A stretch of DNA of 64,000 nt from Balanoglossus misakiensis (GCA_040954595.2 JBECUI020000026.1:62001-126000), one strand, 5' to 3'; positions 40,927 through 54,602 are shown, counted from the stretch's first letter. Notes: a model not told the origin generated them from the sequence alone. Numbers and translations are program-made.

Positions 40927-43900
40927 GAGCTAGATGCCGTTAATCAGAATTTTTGGTAAGGAAGGTTTGAGAGGTCCATTCTATGTAAAAAATGGTGCTG
41001 ATTCCAAAAATGTCAGTCTTATTGACCCCACTCAAGACAAAATTGCCATTTTGGCCATTTTTAACCCAAAAATGGTGTTTTTTTAGAAAACACTAAAAAC
41101 ACACTTTCGTCACATTCTAAGATCTGATGACATATGATATGCCTATTCTATGTAAAATTTGGTGAATATTACGAAAAAAATAGTTCGATTGACCCAAAAC
41201 AACAGAAAATTGCCTTTTTGACCATTTTTTGCCAAAAAAACGTCATTTTTAGAAAAAAATTAAAAAACACGGTTTTCTTCATAATAGTTGATCTGGTGAT
41301 ATATGGAAAGTCAATTCTATGTTAAAAGTGGTGACTTTAAAAAAAAAAGCAGTCTTTTTGACCTCAATCAATACAAAAATGCCATTTTTGGCCACTTTTT
41401 GAGGTCAAAAAAGGTCATTTTTACAAAAAAACTAAAAATAAATTGTGTTTTTCATATTCAGAGATCATTGGATATATGAAGTGTCCATTCTATGTAAAAA
41501 ACGGTGCTGATTTCAGAAATAGCAGTCTTATTGACCCTACTCAAGAAAAAACATGCCATTTTTGCCACTTTTTGCCCCAAAACGTCATTTTTAGAAAACA
41601 CTCAAAATTTATATATTTTCTTCACTTATATGCCCATCCTATGTAAAACTTGGTGATTATTCCAAAAAAGCAGATTTATTGACCCAACCTAATGCAAAAA
41701 TGCCCTTTTGGAAAGTTATTACCCAAAAAGGCCGTTTTTAGAAAAAAAAATTAAAAACAAACTTTTCTTCATAAAGCTCAGAGATCATGTGATATATGAA
41801 GTGTTCAAACTATGTAAAAAATGGTGCTAATTCCAGAAATAGCAGTCTTATTGATCCTACTCAAGAAAAAATGCCATTTTTGCCACTTTTTGCCCCAAAA
41901 ACGTCATTTTCAGAAAACACTCAAAATTTATATATTTTCTTCACTTTCGGAGATCTGATAATGTATTATATGCCCACTTTATGTGAAAAATTTCCAAAAA
42001 AGCAGTTTTATTGATGCCACCCAAGATAAAAGTGCCCTTTGGCAAGTTTTTGCCCAAAAAGTGTCATTTCTAGAAAACACCCAAAACTTTTATATTTTCT
42101 TCACTTTCGGAGATGATGATGTATTATGTACCCACTCTATGTGAAAAAATTCAAAAAAAAATTACTAGCGCCACTCAAGAAAACAGTGCTTTTTTGACAA
42201 GTTTTTGCCCAAAAAGCCACTTTTCGAAAATCATTATAAACACACTGTTTGATTCTTATTTGGAGATTCTATGATGTGTGAAAAGTACATTTATTGTAAA
42301 ATAGGTGTTGATTCCAGAAATGCAGTCTTAATTACCTCAACCATGATGAAATCACCTTTTTGGCTAAGTTTTGCACAAAATTGTTATTTTTAAGAATATA
42401 TTAATAAGCATTCTCTTTTCTTCACTTTCGGTGATCTTATTATAAATAAAAGCCCATTCTATATTGAAACGTGGTTACTGTTCCAAAAACGGAAGTCTTA
42501 CTTACCCTATTCAATTGAAATTTGTAATTTCGGCCACTTTTTTGGTCAAAAATGTTCATTAAAAACAAACAAACTAAAGACAAATTGTTTTCTTCATATT
42601 CAGAGATCTGATCATGTATGAAAAGTCCATTCTGTGTAAAATTTGGTGACTATTCCAAAAACGGCACTCTGGTTGTCAAAATTGCCTTTTTTGCTATTTG
42701 TAGCCAAAAATAGATCTACTCAAGAAAAAATTATCATTTTAGCCATTTTGTACCGAAAAAATGTTTGTATTTGGAGTTTTTGCAAAATTAGCCCAAGTTG
42801 AACTCATAATGATGATGAAACAGCGTCGAGAGGAAAAGAAGTTACGAATGGAACAAAACTCGCGTCAATGAATGTAAACACGCCGCCCGGGACCAAGCTC
42901 TAAACATGATACAGATGACAAAAGAAAGGCATTGCACATTGCCCAAATATTCCCATACAGCAGTTCCAAATTAAAACGTCAAGGGTTTTATGTTTATTTA
43001 GTTTAAACCCACATTTTCCCTGCTGCGTGCTAGTTCAGGGGCCAGTTTTAGCAGTGCTCTATTGAGTATTCTAGCATCGTTGCACTCCTGTCCAATCAGT
43101 ATGACGGAGGTATCATGATATAAATTATAATATAATTTCTGATTTTGTATTCAGATTGAAGAGAATAAATTTCAACACTCTCTCCCGAGCTGGCATATCT
43201 GAACCTAAATATTCCACACCACGCATAATCGACTTATAGTAGACAGTGCGTATACATGGATCATCTTATTGTAAAGTTCAGTTTTGGGCTAAATTTGCCA
43301 AATTGTGGCAACCCTGTCTTTCAATATCATCAATTTAATTGACATTATATGGTTATGGCGTTTTAAATATGCATATACAACATCAGAACACAAAAGGCAA
43401 AAACATCAATTATATTTGTTTTCTGAAAATGCCTATTGTTGACCAAAAGATGGCTAAATGGCAATTTTGTACTGAGCGGGGTGTCTCAATAAGACCGTTG
43501 TGCTGGTATCAGCATATTTTTTGCACACACACACACAAAAAAAAAACGAATTTACATACATCACAAGGGCTCTGAATATAAAGGAATAAGTTTGTATTTA
43601 TTTTTTCTAACAGTTACCTTTTTGAGCAAAGAGGCCAAAATGATATTTTTTTCCCTCAGTGGGGTCAGTAAGAGTGGGTTTTTTAGTACTTTTATTTATC
43701 ATTTGATCACCAATGGGAAGAAAATGGCATAATTTTCGTATTTTCTAGAAATGACACTTTTTGAGCAAAAACTTGCCAAAAAGGCACTTTTATCTTGAGT
43801 GGCATCAATAAAACTGCTTTTTTGGAAATTTTTCACATACAGTGGGCATATAATTCATTATCAGATCTCCGAAAGTGAAGAAAATATATAAATTTTGAGT

Positions 43901-44912
43901 GTTTTCTGAAAATGACGTTTTGGGGGCAAAAAGTGGCAAAATGGCATTTTTTCTTGAGTAGGATCAATAAGACTGCTATTTCTGGAATCAGCACCATTTT
44001 TTACATAGGATGAACATTTCATATATCACATGATCTCTGAGCTTTATGAAGAAAAGTTTGTTTTTAAATTTTTTTCTAAAAATGGCCTTTTGGGGCAAAA
44101 ACTTTCCAAAAGGGCATTTTTGCATTAGGTTGGGTCAATAAATCTGCTTTTTTCGAATAATCACCAGATTTTACATAGGGTGGGCATATAATACATTATC
44201 AGATCTCCGAAAGTGAAGAAAATATATAAATTTTGTGTGTTTTCTGAAAATGACGTTTTGGGGCAAAAAGTGGCAAAAATGGCATTTTTTCTTGAGTAGG
44301 GTCAATAAGACTGCTATTTCTGGAATCAGCACCATTTTTTACATAGAATGGACATTTCATATATCCAATGATCTCTGAATATGATAAACACAATTTATTT
44401 TTAGTTTTTTTGTAAAAATGACCTTTTTTGACCACAAAAAGTGGCCAAAAATGGCATTTTTGTATTGATTGAGGTCAAAAAGACTGCTTTATTTTTTAAA
44501 GTCACCACTTTTAACATAGAATTGACTTTCCATATATCACCAGATCAATCATTATGAAGAAAACCGTGTGTTTTATTTTTTTTCTAAAAATGACGTTTTT
44601 GGGGCAAAAATTGGTCAAAAAGGCAATTTTCTGTTGTTTTGGGTCAATCGAACTACTTTTTTCGTAATATTCACCAAATTTTACATAGAATAAGCATATC
44701 ATATGTTATCAGATCTCAGAATGTGACGAAAACAATGTGTTTTTAGTGTTTTCTAAAAAAAGACCATTTTGGGGTTAAAAATGGCCAAAATGGCAATTTT
44801 GTCTTGAGTGGGGTTAATAAGACTGACTTTTTTGGAATGAGCACCATTTTTTACATAGAATGGACTTCTCAAACCTTCCTTACCAAAAATTCTGATTAAC
44901 GGCACCTATCTC
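40927..44912. mobile_element. ~4-kb foldback element with >1.2-kb inverted arms built of ~165-170-bp degenerate tandem units
   Basis: GAGCTAGATGCCGTTAATCAGAATTTTTGGTAAGGAAGG at left and its reverse complement at 44874-44912. Mirror ORFs 41134/44702 and 41443/44435. CTATGTAAAA-like motif at 40981, 41148, 41317, 41490, 41639, 41810 and onward. Confidence 0.92.
42840..43125 (+). repeat. Dispersed repeat in the foldback spacer; second copy at ~46410-46690
   Basis: Shared GTTACGAAT...ATGAATGT(A/T)AACACG and TAGTTCAGGGGCCAGTTTTAGCAGTGCTCTATTGAGTA...TCCAATCAG. Confidence 0.75.
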
Positions 44913-47136
44913 ATAGTGTAACCAGACTACAAGTGAAGAACCCCAGTAACAGACGTAACGAACAAACAAACTACATGTACTAACAACAAAGCAAGAAAAG
45001 TGTCAAGCGTCGTCAAAGAAAACGAAATAGTTCTAGCATGGTTGGTAAAAGTTATTGGTAGAAAACGAATAGGGCCTTCTACAAATGACGTCTCAGACCC
45101 GCAAACGCCACCAGAACACAAAACACATGCACAGAACAGTTTAAGCCGGTTGTTGTATGGAGCAGCAATAATCTGCGGTTGGGCCGTCGTAGATTTTCGC
45201 TGGTGGTGAAAATAAATAAAACACGATCGATGTTCGATTTATTCCAGATCACATGCGTTTACGGCCAGAAGAGAGCATAAAAGTCTTCAAATGACCATGT
45301 GGTGGCGCACTTTTTCCGATTGGCTGTATTTCAATTTGTTCGTGGTAAATTAATTTTGTGGAGGTGACCGGCACTGAAGCTCTTAGCTAGGATGAGGTGG
45401 GATGGAAAAATGCCCCATTTGACTCATTTTAGCTGTTTTAAAATATACGACTATTTATAGACAAAAGGAAAATAAAACAAGCGCAAAAACATACCAAACC
45501 TAGTTTTATTAATTACAAAAAAAATTGCTGAGTAAAGGTTTTCATGTGGGCATTCACTTTGAACTTGCTAAATTAATTTAAAGAGACAAAGTCGCTCTCT
45601 CTTTGTCCTTTTGCGATGATGGAATGCTTGCTTGAAGTCTCTCGTGCAATAAATGATGTCGATTCATACATGTATGGATGGTGTATAGGTGGTCGGAATT
45701 TACATGTCTTTGCCACGTCCAAACCAAAAACACATAAAATCAAACTTTGGGTCATGAAATCGAGTTTTGTTACAGTCTAGAATTTCATGCCACCCCTTTT
45801 GGTCATATTATTCTTGGTAGGCAAAAGTGACAAGTAGTCAAGTTTCAACACAGGCAACATTTTTACAAACAAACCACAAAGAAGACATTAAAAGGGAGAG
45901 AATTATAGAATGGTCAATGTGTGAATAGTTAAGATACGTAAAGTGGCCGGGTTCAACATAACATTAACTCATCGACTTCATATCGTCTTCATGCCATGGT
46001 TTTGCCTGCCCTGAAAGTTCTTGTCGTTGCAGAAGTGGTTTTGACAGAAAGAATTTAGTCTTCCGGGATGTTTGTGATTATTTGAACACCAGACAATACA
46101 ATGCAACCTTGACTTCCAAAATACTTACCGGCATTGCATTATCTTACCATGGTTAGGCCTACAGAGAACAAATTTTCAACAATATTTTCTGAGTTACCGC
46201 TGATATTTGTTTTGTAGTATGGATATTAAATTATACATCCCGATACAAAACAGAATGTTATAGAATCCTTCCTGAGTGATATTGAAAAAAATACCGGAAT
46301 GCTATAGCCTAATCTATGGTTAGGGTTATTGCTATTATTTTATATCAGTAATCGACTTTGTGTATATCAATGTCATTTTCATAACGAAAATGAACTCGAG
46401 TCTAATGTAAACGTTACGAATTGATCGAAAGGCGCTCTGATGAATGTTAACACGAGTGCGCAATGACAAGACATGCATCGTGCATGACAGTGACAACAGT
46501 TCCAATAGAGCAGTTAAAAAATAAACCGGCCGTCCGTAAATTTATCAGCTATATTTTTTTTTATTTAGTCACGTTTTCCCTGTTGCATGCTATTAGTTCA
46601 GGGGCCAGTTTTAGCAGTGCTCTATTGAGTACTTTCGTATCGATGGATTGATCTCTCGTCCAATCAGAATGGCGGATGGTAGCATGATCCTACATATTGC
46701 GTATTACAATAGGGCTTCCTCATACAGGTCAGAACAGAGAGGTCATTCCTTTTATTTTAGGACGTCTCAGCTCCTTTGTCTTTTCTGTTATTTTTTGACA
46801 AATGCGGATTGACGTTCCATTTCCAATTGGCGATAATTATATTTATTTGTATTTCATTGCATAAGCGCTTGCTAGTCGTTTTTTAGCAATTTTTTTTGTA
46901 GTACAAAAACACTGAAGAAAACGAAATATTTTATTCATTCGCACTTCCAAAGAACACCGTGACATAATTCCTCAATTTGCATTTCAGTGTGTGTGTCTGG
47001 TGTGTCTGCATTGACGTGAGGCGCATTCTCCACCCGCACACATACGTTGCATTGCATTCTTTGACTAATTAGTGTTACGTCATGTTGAAGCAGGATTCTG
47101 ATTGAGTAGTAAGTAAGTTGCATAATTGACGCACAG

Positions 47137-47251
47137 CTGGTGCCTCGTTCTCGTACCGCTGACCATTGCATTTGAAAAATCATTGCAGCTTTGACGTTCA
47201 TCAAGCATGGAGGTCCCGGTCGCCTCCATGCTTGATGATGTCGTTTCTCTG
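47137..47251 (+). ncRNA. Putative non-coding exon E0 containing a 16-bp perfect hairpin
   Basis: cataattgacgcacag| ... |gtaagcatg flanks resemble those of E1/E2; stops in all three frames; hairpin at 47198-47238. Confidence 0.45.
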
Positions 47252-47496
47252 GTAAGCATGGCATTTAATGTTATTTTACAAGTACATGTACACTCCTTCT
47301 CGCAAAAACTGGTCGTGGTAGGGCGAGAGGGTCCCCCCAACATCGAAATTCTGACTTTGGGAAGCGTTACAGCACCAAACAGTAAACTCACAGTCGCATG
47401 GAATTTGTGCGTTATATTACACCGTGCGAGTAAATTGTACGTCGTTCGTTGGCTCGAGTCAGCTTTGTTATTGTGGAGCAGGTGGTACCGTAACAC

Positions 47497-47913
47497 CACA
47501 GGGGGCTCTCCCTAGGCGATTTTATTGTTTGTTTGTTGTTGTTGATTGGCATAATAAACAAATACATATTTCTTTATTAATAAATATGGTTTGTTGACAT
47601 GTAAGGGTTAGGTTATTAGGGTATATTTGACAGGTTATGGTATATTCAACGGTTAGAATTAGTGTTGGCATTTTTTCGATCCATGGCCGGCATCACCCCC
47701 CCCCCAAACCCCCCCCCCCCACCCCCTGTGGCTTAGTGATGCCCGGGGCCGTGGATCGAAAAAAATGCCAACAGTAACCCTAACTGTTGAATATACCCTA
47801 ACACTTACATGTCAACAAACCATATTTATTAATAAAGAAATATGTATTTGTTTATTATGCCAATCAACAACAACAAACAAACAATAAAATCGCGGAGGAA
47901 GGAGCCCCCTGTG
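47497..47913. mobile_element. Palindromic MITE (417 bp) with a 7-bp TSD, CACAGG...CCTGTG ends (P-superfamily-like)
   Basis: GTAACAC at 47490-47496 and 47914-47920; long, largely perfect inverted arms around a C-run centre. Confidence 0.85.
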
Positions 47914-48116
47914 GTAACACACTACAGTATAACTTTTAAGGCAAAGCGATAGCGAATAAACTGACCAGGGTTGGTTTTGTTGTTGGGGAGATTTTTGGCA
48001 CCATTGAGACTGTTATAAGCTACCAGTGGGAGCTATGGTATAGCCGTTAACACGCAGCCCTGCCACGCAGAGCTTCTATGACTGGTTACTAACTTCTATG
48101 TCTATTTGATTCACAG

Positions 48117-48191
48117 ATGCTGCCTGAAACTGTCTGCGTTTCAACTCGGGATTCTCTTCCTTGTCCGGGGCGAGTTTAAGACCGCTCAATG
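48117..48191 (+). ncRNA. Putative non-coding exon E1 (75 nt), copy A
   Basis: TACTAAC branch site, tttgattcacag| acceptor, G|GTAAGC donor. Confidence 0.6.
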
Positions 48192-48433
48192 GTAAGCATG
48201 ACTTGCTTTATATTTGCTTTTATCGGGTGTTGCAACCGAAACAATAGGAAGAAATGTATGTCTACGAACTAATTTACATATTCCAGCTTTCAATACAATG
48301 TACCTGTTTTTTCCCCTTCGAATTCTGGCCTCGATTGCTTGTGATATGATCGTGATGTCATGAATTAGATGGACAACTCACAAGTTCAAATCTTCACGTG
48401 GAGCATAAAATAAATGTGGATGCATTTCCTTAA

Positions 48434-48780
48434 AGGGACAAAGTCTCTCTCTCGCTGCCCTTTTTTCCATTAATTATATTTGATACAAGACACCGTTTGT
48501 TATTCTACATGTAGATATATAGTGAATGAACGTTCAGCCACACACAACTTCCGTCCCACTTGTAGACACGAGAGTAAAAATACTCGCCAAAATGAATAAT
48601 CGTTCTTTACCATTTATTCATTTTGGGCGAGTTTTTACTCTCATATCATACAAGCGGGATGGAAGTTTTGTGTGGTTGATCATTTATTCACTATATATCC
48701 AAATGTACATTGACATAAACAGTGTCTTGTATCAAACATAATTAATGGAAAAAGGACAGCGACAGAGAGACTTTGTCCCT
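48434..48780. mobile_element. MITE family A, full-length copy (347 bp), Kolobok/T2-type
   Basis: TTAA|AGGGACAAAGTCTCT...AGAGACTTTGTCCCT|TTAA. The paralogous empty site GCATTTCC-TTAA-CCATATAG is at 54891-54910. Confidence 0.95.
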
Positions 48781-49118
48781 TTAACCATATAGCTAAAATT
48801 ACTCCCATATCAATACACAGGGAGATACTTTAACTTTGGCTGAACGTGTGCTAGTCCAACACTATGCTTAATCAAACTGGCTAAGAGATCTGTTATTATA
48901 TTAGACGCATGAAGGAAAGTAATGTTGTTTAGAGTGAAATAAAACAATACTTTAGGCCAGAAAGAAAAATGTAAATCATGACACAAACAGGCTGGAAATT
49001 TTTTCTGACCCTATATTATACCATGTTTTGCATATTTTCACTAATTTGTATGGCCCACATAATTCTAAAGCAAGGTTGATTGGTTACTAATTAATATTTG
49101 CATATATTTGATTCACAG

Positions 49119-49191
49119 TCTTAAACACAGCATTTCAACGTATGCCGGAGGAGGAAGAGAATACCTAGGCCTGATCCAAGACCGCTTTCCG
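49119..49191 (+). ncRNA. Putative non-coding exon E2 (73 nt), copy A
   Basis: TACTAAT branch site, tttgattcacag| acceptor, G|GTAAGC donor; body complementary to E1. Confidence 0.6.
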
Positions 49192-50663
49192 GTAAGCACA
49201 CCTTGCTGTATACATGCTCCATAGCTTGTTTGTAAATGCTACCTTTTCCCATCAAATAGTGAAGTCACCCTTTTAAAATTATGGTGGTGGCAAGCCACAA
49301 CTGGTTATCATGAAGAGTTGGACACCACTAATAATCATTTTAATATTTTCCAATTGGTAACCTTTATGTACCACTATCCTCAACAATTTCAGTCAACAAG
49401 ATTCATATTGCGCTGTATAGCAAGGCCAAACAAATATGACTGATTGATAGGGATTTTTCTGAAAATGTGACAAAATCAACAAATAAACAATAATCAGTCA
49501 CCAATCATGCATTATGTGTTATTCGAGGGAACCTGAGCGGGTCCCATAAACCTGCCAACCCATGCTAGCCATGACTTTACAAATGTTTCCGTCATACTAT
49601 GCAGAAAATTATGGCTGCCTTAAATAGGTTTTTCACTTTGCGCTAGGTGTCAAATCTCATTGCATTCTGGGCGGAAAGTCCATAACCAACTGTAGTAAGA
49701 GATAGAAGAAATGATATGTTTACTGTATTTCATGACTTCCTTCGGTCAAACATTTCTGTCTCGGTAGTTAGCATATTAAACTTTTTTTCACTTTTGCTAT
49801 TTTTTCTGTTAAAAAGTTCAAGAATGACCCATCATCATTTTAGCTTATGAACTCCCATTTCTTTAACATGGCAAAAATCGGCCATCTTGAAATTATCGAC
49901 CGTATGAGATTTTCATCACTCATTTAGGGTAGCTTAAAACGTGTTTAAAGTAGGGAGAATTGTATAGGCAAGACTTGGGCTGTAAATTTGATGAAATAGC
50001 TACATGACTATTGTTCACAAGCAGCTGACTGTACTGTAAGACTGGAAGTGTTGTGTACATATTTTACATATTCAATATTTGTAATTAGACCATGTCATGT
50101 ATATCTTGGGGATTGCTCGATCACAATGTCTCTGCTGGTACAATGTCCTTTTAACATGTTCAGTAATATGGTAGTAATTGTAAGTTTGTGTGCGGCATTT
50201 GTAAATTATTTACAATTTATAAATTATTTTGTAAGTTTCTTCATTCTCAAATTGCTTGCCTAACGTACTGCATTAACATTTAAATTTTGGTATGATTTTG
50301 AGTAGACTTTTTGTTTCAAAATTATTTTTGACACTTTTGGGTGATATGATTTTACATGGAAAATCTGATTTCCCTGTAATTCGGTTGACAGGATTTTCAT
50401 CATATCTCTAAATCATGAAGTACATGTATCAGACTTGCATCAGGCCCCCAAAATTCTAGTCGCCTTTGGCAAGTAATATTAGCCATTGATCTGGGAAAGT
50501 TACAAAAATGTGTTGTCCAAGGACGTTGAAGGTACATGTGGTTTTTACACTTGCTGCATGTTTATAATTTGCAATAGAAATAGACACTCAGTGCCAGCCC
50601 ACTATCCCGTCTCCTTATTGCTGACTTGTATGTATGTACGTATGTACGCATTTTATCAGAATT

Positions 50664-53600
50664 ATTAGGTCCCATTTGGTATATGTATTTATACCATGGT
50701 ACCTTACGGGATCAGTTGCACCTGTATGTATGGATGTTTGTATGTCCATCAACATCAAACATTTGGAAACTACTGGCATTTCACCTTGATATTTAATGTG
50801 CAGACAGGGCAGTAGATGGGAGTTTGTCTAAGTGAAGTTGTCATTGCCAAAATATGCAAATTAGCTGGGAAAGTGTCAAATTCGTCAAAACTTGGGAACT
50901 CAACAACTACTGGGCAAATTGCTTTCAAAATTGATAATTGGTATGCATGTACCTTATGGTATCCTCTCACAATTCTACATGTTGTGAGCTAATAATGTGA
51001 ATTTTCTATTTTTAAGCATTTTTTTTGTCTCTTTCCACATTGTCGGTAAAAACCTACTTTTCTGGAATTGATCAGCTGACTTGTTTGAAATTTATTATGA
51101 AGCTTCATAGGTGATCTGAGTTACCAACCATAGTTTTGTTTAAATTGTTGCCAAAAATTGCGTATTTATAATTTTGGAGCAATTTTTAGGTCCCATTTGG
51201 TTTATGTACATATATACGATTGGGACCTTATGGAATCAGTTGCATTTGTATGTATGAGTGAATGGATGAAAACCGCTGGGCATATCACTTCCATATTTAG
51301 TGTGTAGATGCAGGCGGGGCTGTAGATGGGATTTTGTTCAAATGAAATTGTCATTGCCAAAATATTACCTGTGTAAATGTGAAATTGGTCAAAAGTCAGA
51401 AACTTGACAACCACTGGTCAGATTGGTATGTCAATGAACCCCATACAGTCCTGTATGTTGTGAGCTAATATTATGAATTTTCTAATGTTTATTAATTTTT
51501 TTTGTCTTTTTCCACATTATTAGTAAAAAAAAATCTTCACTTCTGAAAGCGATAGTCCGACTCCTTCGAAATTTAGTATGAAGCTTCCTATGGGTGGTCC
51601 GAGTTACCATATTTTTTGTTCAGATTGTTGTAAAATAGGCATATTTATAATTTTGAGCAATTTTGCCAATTATGGTCAGAATGCTTTGCAATTTGGTAGG
51701 AAGATTCCCAGGGGTAACCCAAGGAAGATGTCATAAAAATGGTTAAAACTGCGTGCTTGTGTTATTGGGGATATTTTTTGCAATCTTTGTCAAAAACAGT
51801 TTTCTGTTAAACCATTCAAACCCTTGTCAGATTGCTTTGAATTTTGGCAGGAATGTTCCTTGTAGTGATTGAAGTAAGATGGTGTACAATTATAGAGATG
51901 TTTGCATATTTGTGTTTTTGCCACTTTTGAACAAATGTGTTTTTCTTTGAAACTGCTTTTTTGATGGCTTTGAAATATGGTAGGAATATTCCTAGGGGTA
52001 ACCCAATTTTTAGCTCACCTGAAAATCATGTGAGCTTATAGTTTAGCGATGTCTGTGTATGTGTGTGTCTGTCTGTATACCCGATATCTCAAGAACCGCT
52101 GAACCGATTTCAACCAAATTTAGTACACAGGTTCAGATATCATATGGCAAGAACTGGAAAGGTTTTGGTGGGTGTGGCTTTGATATTAATGAAGTTATTA
52201 AAGTTTTAATTTTTCTATTACATGGTTGTCTATGAGAGCTTTCGTTAATGCTGCATATATGACCAGTGGAAACGATAGTTTGAGGAGATCGACTGTTTGA
52301 GGGCGCTGTGAAATGAGACATTCCTGGCGATATTGCCGTGGTTCTGTCCATGCTCAGACGCTGTACCCGTCGTTACGAATAACTTCCCTACGTGAATCCA
52401 CAAGGAAGCTAACGTTGTTTAGTTGCTTCATAGAGCGTAAATTGTTAATCTACAGGACCGTCAGATGAATACTCTTTTCAAATGAAGTTTGAAACTACTT
52501 ACGAGTAACTTAGTGGAGACAATATGGCGGATAGTTGGCGTGCAGCCGAATCCGCGTTATGACTATGACGTGACCCATTCATCAAGACAAACCGTAAATG
52601 ATTCACGCATATTGTGGTCCTCACGCAGTCAATCTCAAAATGTCACCAGGCTTTCTATTTGTCTATTGTTCAGAGAAAAATAACATGGCGGTTGATCACA
52701 CTCAACAGTAAAATCCGTTTTGTGTGTTTATAGACAGTCTGTTATCGCCAATACTATATAGCGATTGCTAGATGGCCTACCCAATATGTGATCGAGCGAG
52801 AATGATAACATTGAATGTCTGTTCAGATCACATTCCGTACGTCATACGTCAACATTTCGATTTCGATTTAATCCATTCATAAAGAATTTAGAGAAAGTCG
52901 TCTTGAATTGTGACCCCGACTATCAATTAGTTTACGATGATTTTTTGGCGACGGAATACACGAGACGCCATTGCATAACTACGTCAGCTGGACTTCCAAG
53001 GTTACCATTTTGTGTGTATGGAATCTTATCACAGAGCCTACGTACTTTGACAATATGCCATGCTATATCAATGACGCCCCAGAAAATTTGTCAAAAAATG
53101 AATTTGTCTTCTCATGGTGGTGCAATATATTTTAATGTCTATTTTGAGGTTGATTTTGGTTTTTGGCTAACATGTATATAAATGTCAGCTTATAGCATAA
53201 GTTGGTGTCCGTCGGCTATGTATGTCTGTATGTGTGCCCCATACAGAATTATGTATTTTGTGAATGGATCAGTTTCGTCTTAATGTATTGATGTATGTAT
53301 GTGTATGTCCATCAACATCAAAAACTTGAAACTACTGATATTTAGTGTGTACATAGAAATTGTTATTGCGAAAAAATGCATACTGGTATTAACTGGAAAA
53401 ATGTTCAAATAGTCAAAATTGAAAAACTTAATAACAGCGGATCAGATTAAGTTAAAAATTGGCGTGCATTGGTGTGCAAGTACTTTGGGAAGACCTCGTA
53501 TGATTTTGTTCAGGTGGAGTCAGTATCTGGCGTTTCCTATTTTTTATGAATTTTTGGGGGAATTTTCTGCAGTTTTGTTAAAAAAAATTTTTCTCTGAAA

Positions 53601-54100
53601 TTACATGTCCAATTGATTGGAAACTTGGTATGGAGGTTCATAGGGCTTACCTGAATCACATTTGTGCAAACGGTGGTGAACTTTGCAAAAATGCATTTTT
53701 GGGCAATATTTCCTGTTTTTGCCAAAAAATCCAATCCTGTGAAATGTAGGTGCAATTGTTTTGATACTTTGTATTTGGGTTTCTAGGGGTGATCTCAGTC
53801 AGATATGATCAAATTGTAATGAAATTTGCATAATTGTATTTTTTGGGAATTTCTGCAGGGTTTGGCCAAATAGTCTTCGGTAATACCACAAGTCCAATTG
53901 GTTGGAAACTTTGAATGGGAATTCATATATGTGATATCAGTCAGATTTGTCTGAATTTCCTGTTGTTTGCCAAAATGTCTACCTTATTGAAACTTGTTAA
54001 AGAGGTTCTTAGGCATGAACAGAAATCAGATTTGTTGAAATCTGGTGAAATATTCATACTTTTTGGTATATTTCTTGCCATTTTTGATCAAAGAGTTTTA
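50664..54100 (+). mobile_element. Stack of Helentron-associated (HINE/DINE-1-like) elements; starts at ~50664, 51184, 52008 and ~53185/53237
   Basis: The first three start in a T-run with a hairpin (AGGTCCCA...TGGGACCT or AGCTCAC...GTGAGCT); the ~53.2-kb starts are more degenerate. A (TGTA/TGTC)n tract and degenerate AAATTTGGTATG-type internal repeats follow. Confidence 0.7.
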
Positions 54101-54602
54101 GAATTCCATAGACTTATTATTTTTATGCAGTTCAGGATGGGGTACATGACTCATAACCCCTTACAAAAATTGACAAGGCAACAATTCCACAAACATGTTT
54201 ACATTTCACAATGGTGCAACACACAACCCTTACACCATATACACTATAAACCAAAATGGTTTAAAACTGGTTTTTCTAATCTTGTTATTCTGTCAACCAA
54301 TCACAGTACTGCACGTGAGCATATTCAGTTAATATCTGGTTCCTGATTGCTTTGGAAGTTAGTTAACAATTTCATAACACATGTACATGTATGTGCAACT
54401 TTGATTAAATTCTGGTTGTCAATATTTAGGTAGTTTGTTGTAAATTTCTTTGTTTTTGGATAGCAAATCTTTTTAACCAATTGCTCAGTTTCTTTGAAAG
54501 TTACTGTTAACAAGGAGAGTTAGTACACCCAACTTAGACTTTTACACCCAACTTAGAGCTACTATGACTGGTTACTAACTTCTATATCTATTTGATTCAC
54601 AG

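Larger units (their letters stand above)
40837..44929. mobile_element. Mini-element with TAGTCTG...CAGACTA ends and a 9-bp TSD (AcademH-like or hATm-like) enclosing the foldback element
   Basis: CAAGTGAAG at 40828-40836 and 44930-44938; internal GC-rich hairpin CCCTGCCCCATTCCCAC / GTGGGAATGGGGCAGGG at ~40846-40914. Confidence 0.75.

Noticed and set aside
41134-44702. Mirror-image ORFs as a duplicated gene pair
   Set aside because: They are by-products of the foldback's inverted arms.
47246-48143. Hammerhead-like CTG|ATG...GAAAC formed at the E0-E1 junction
   Set aside because: The core is CUGAUGC rather than CUGANGA, there is no stem II, and stems I/III are inadequate.
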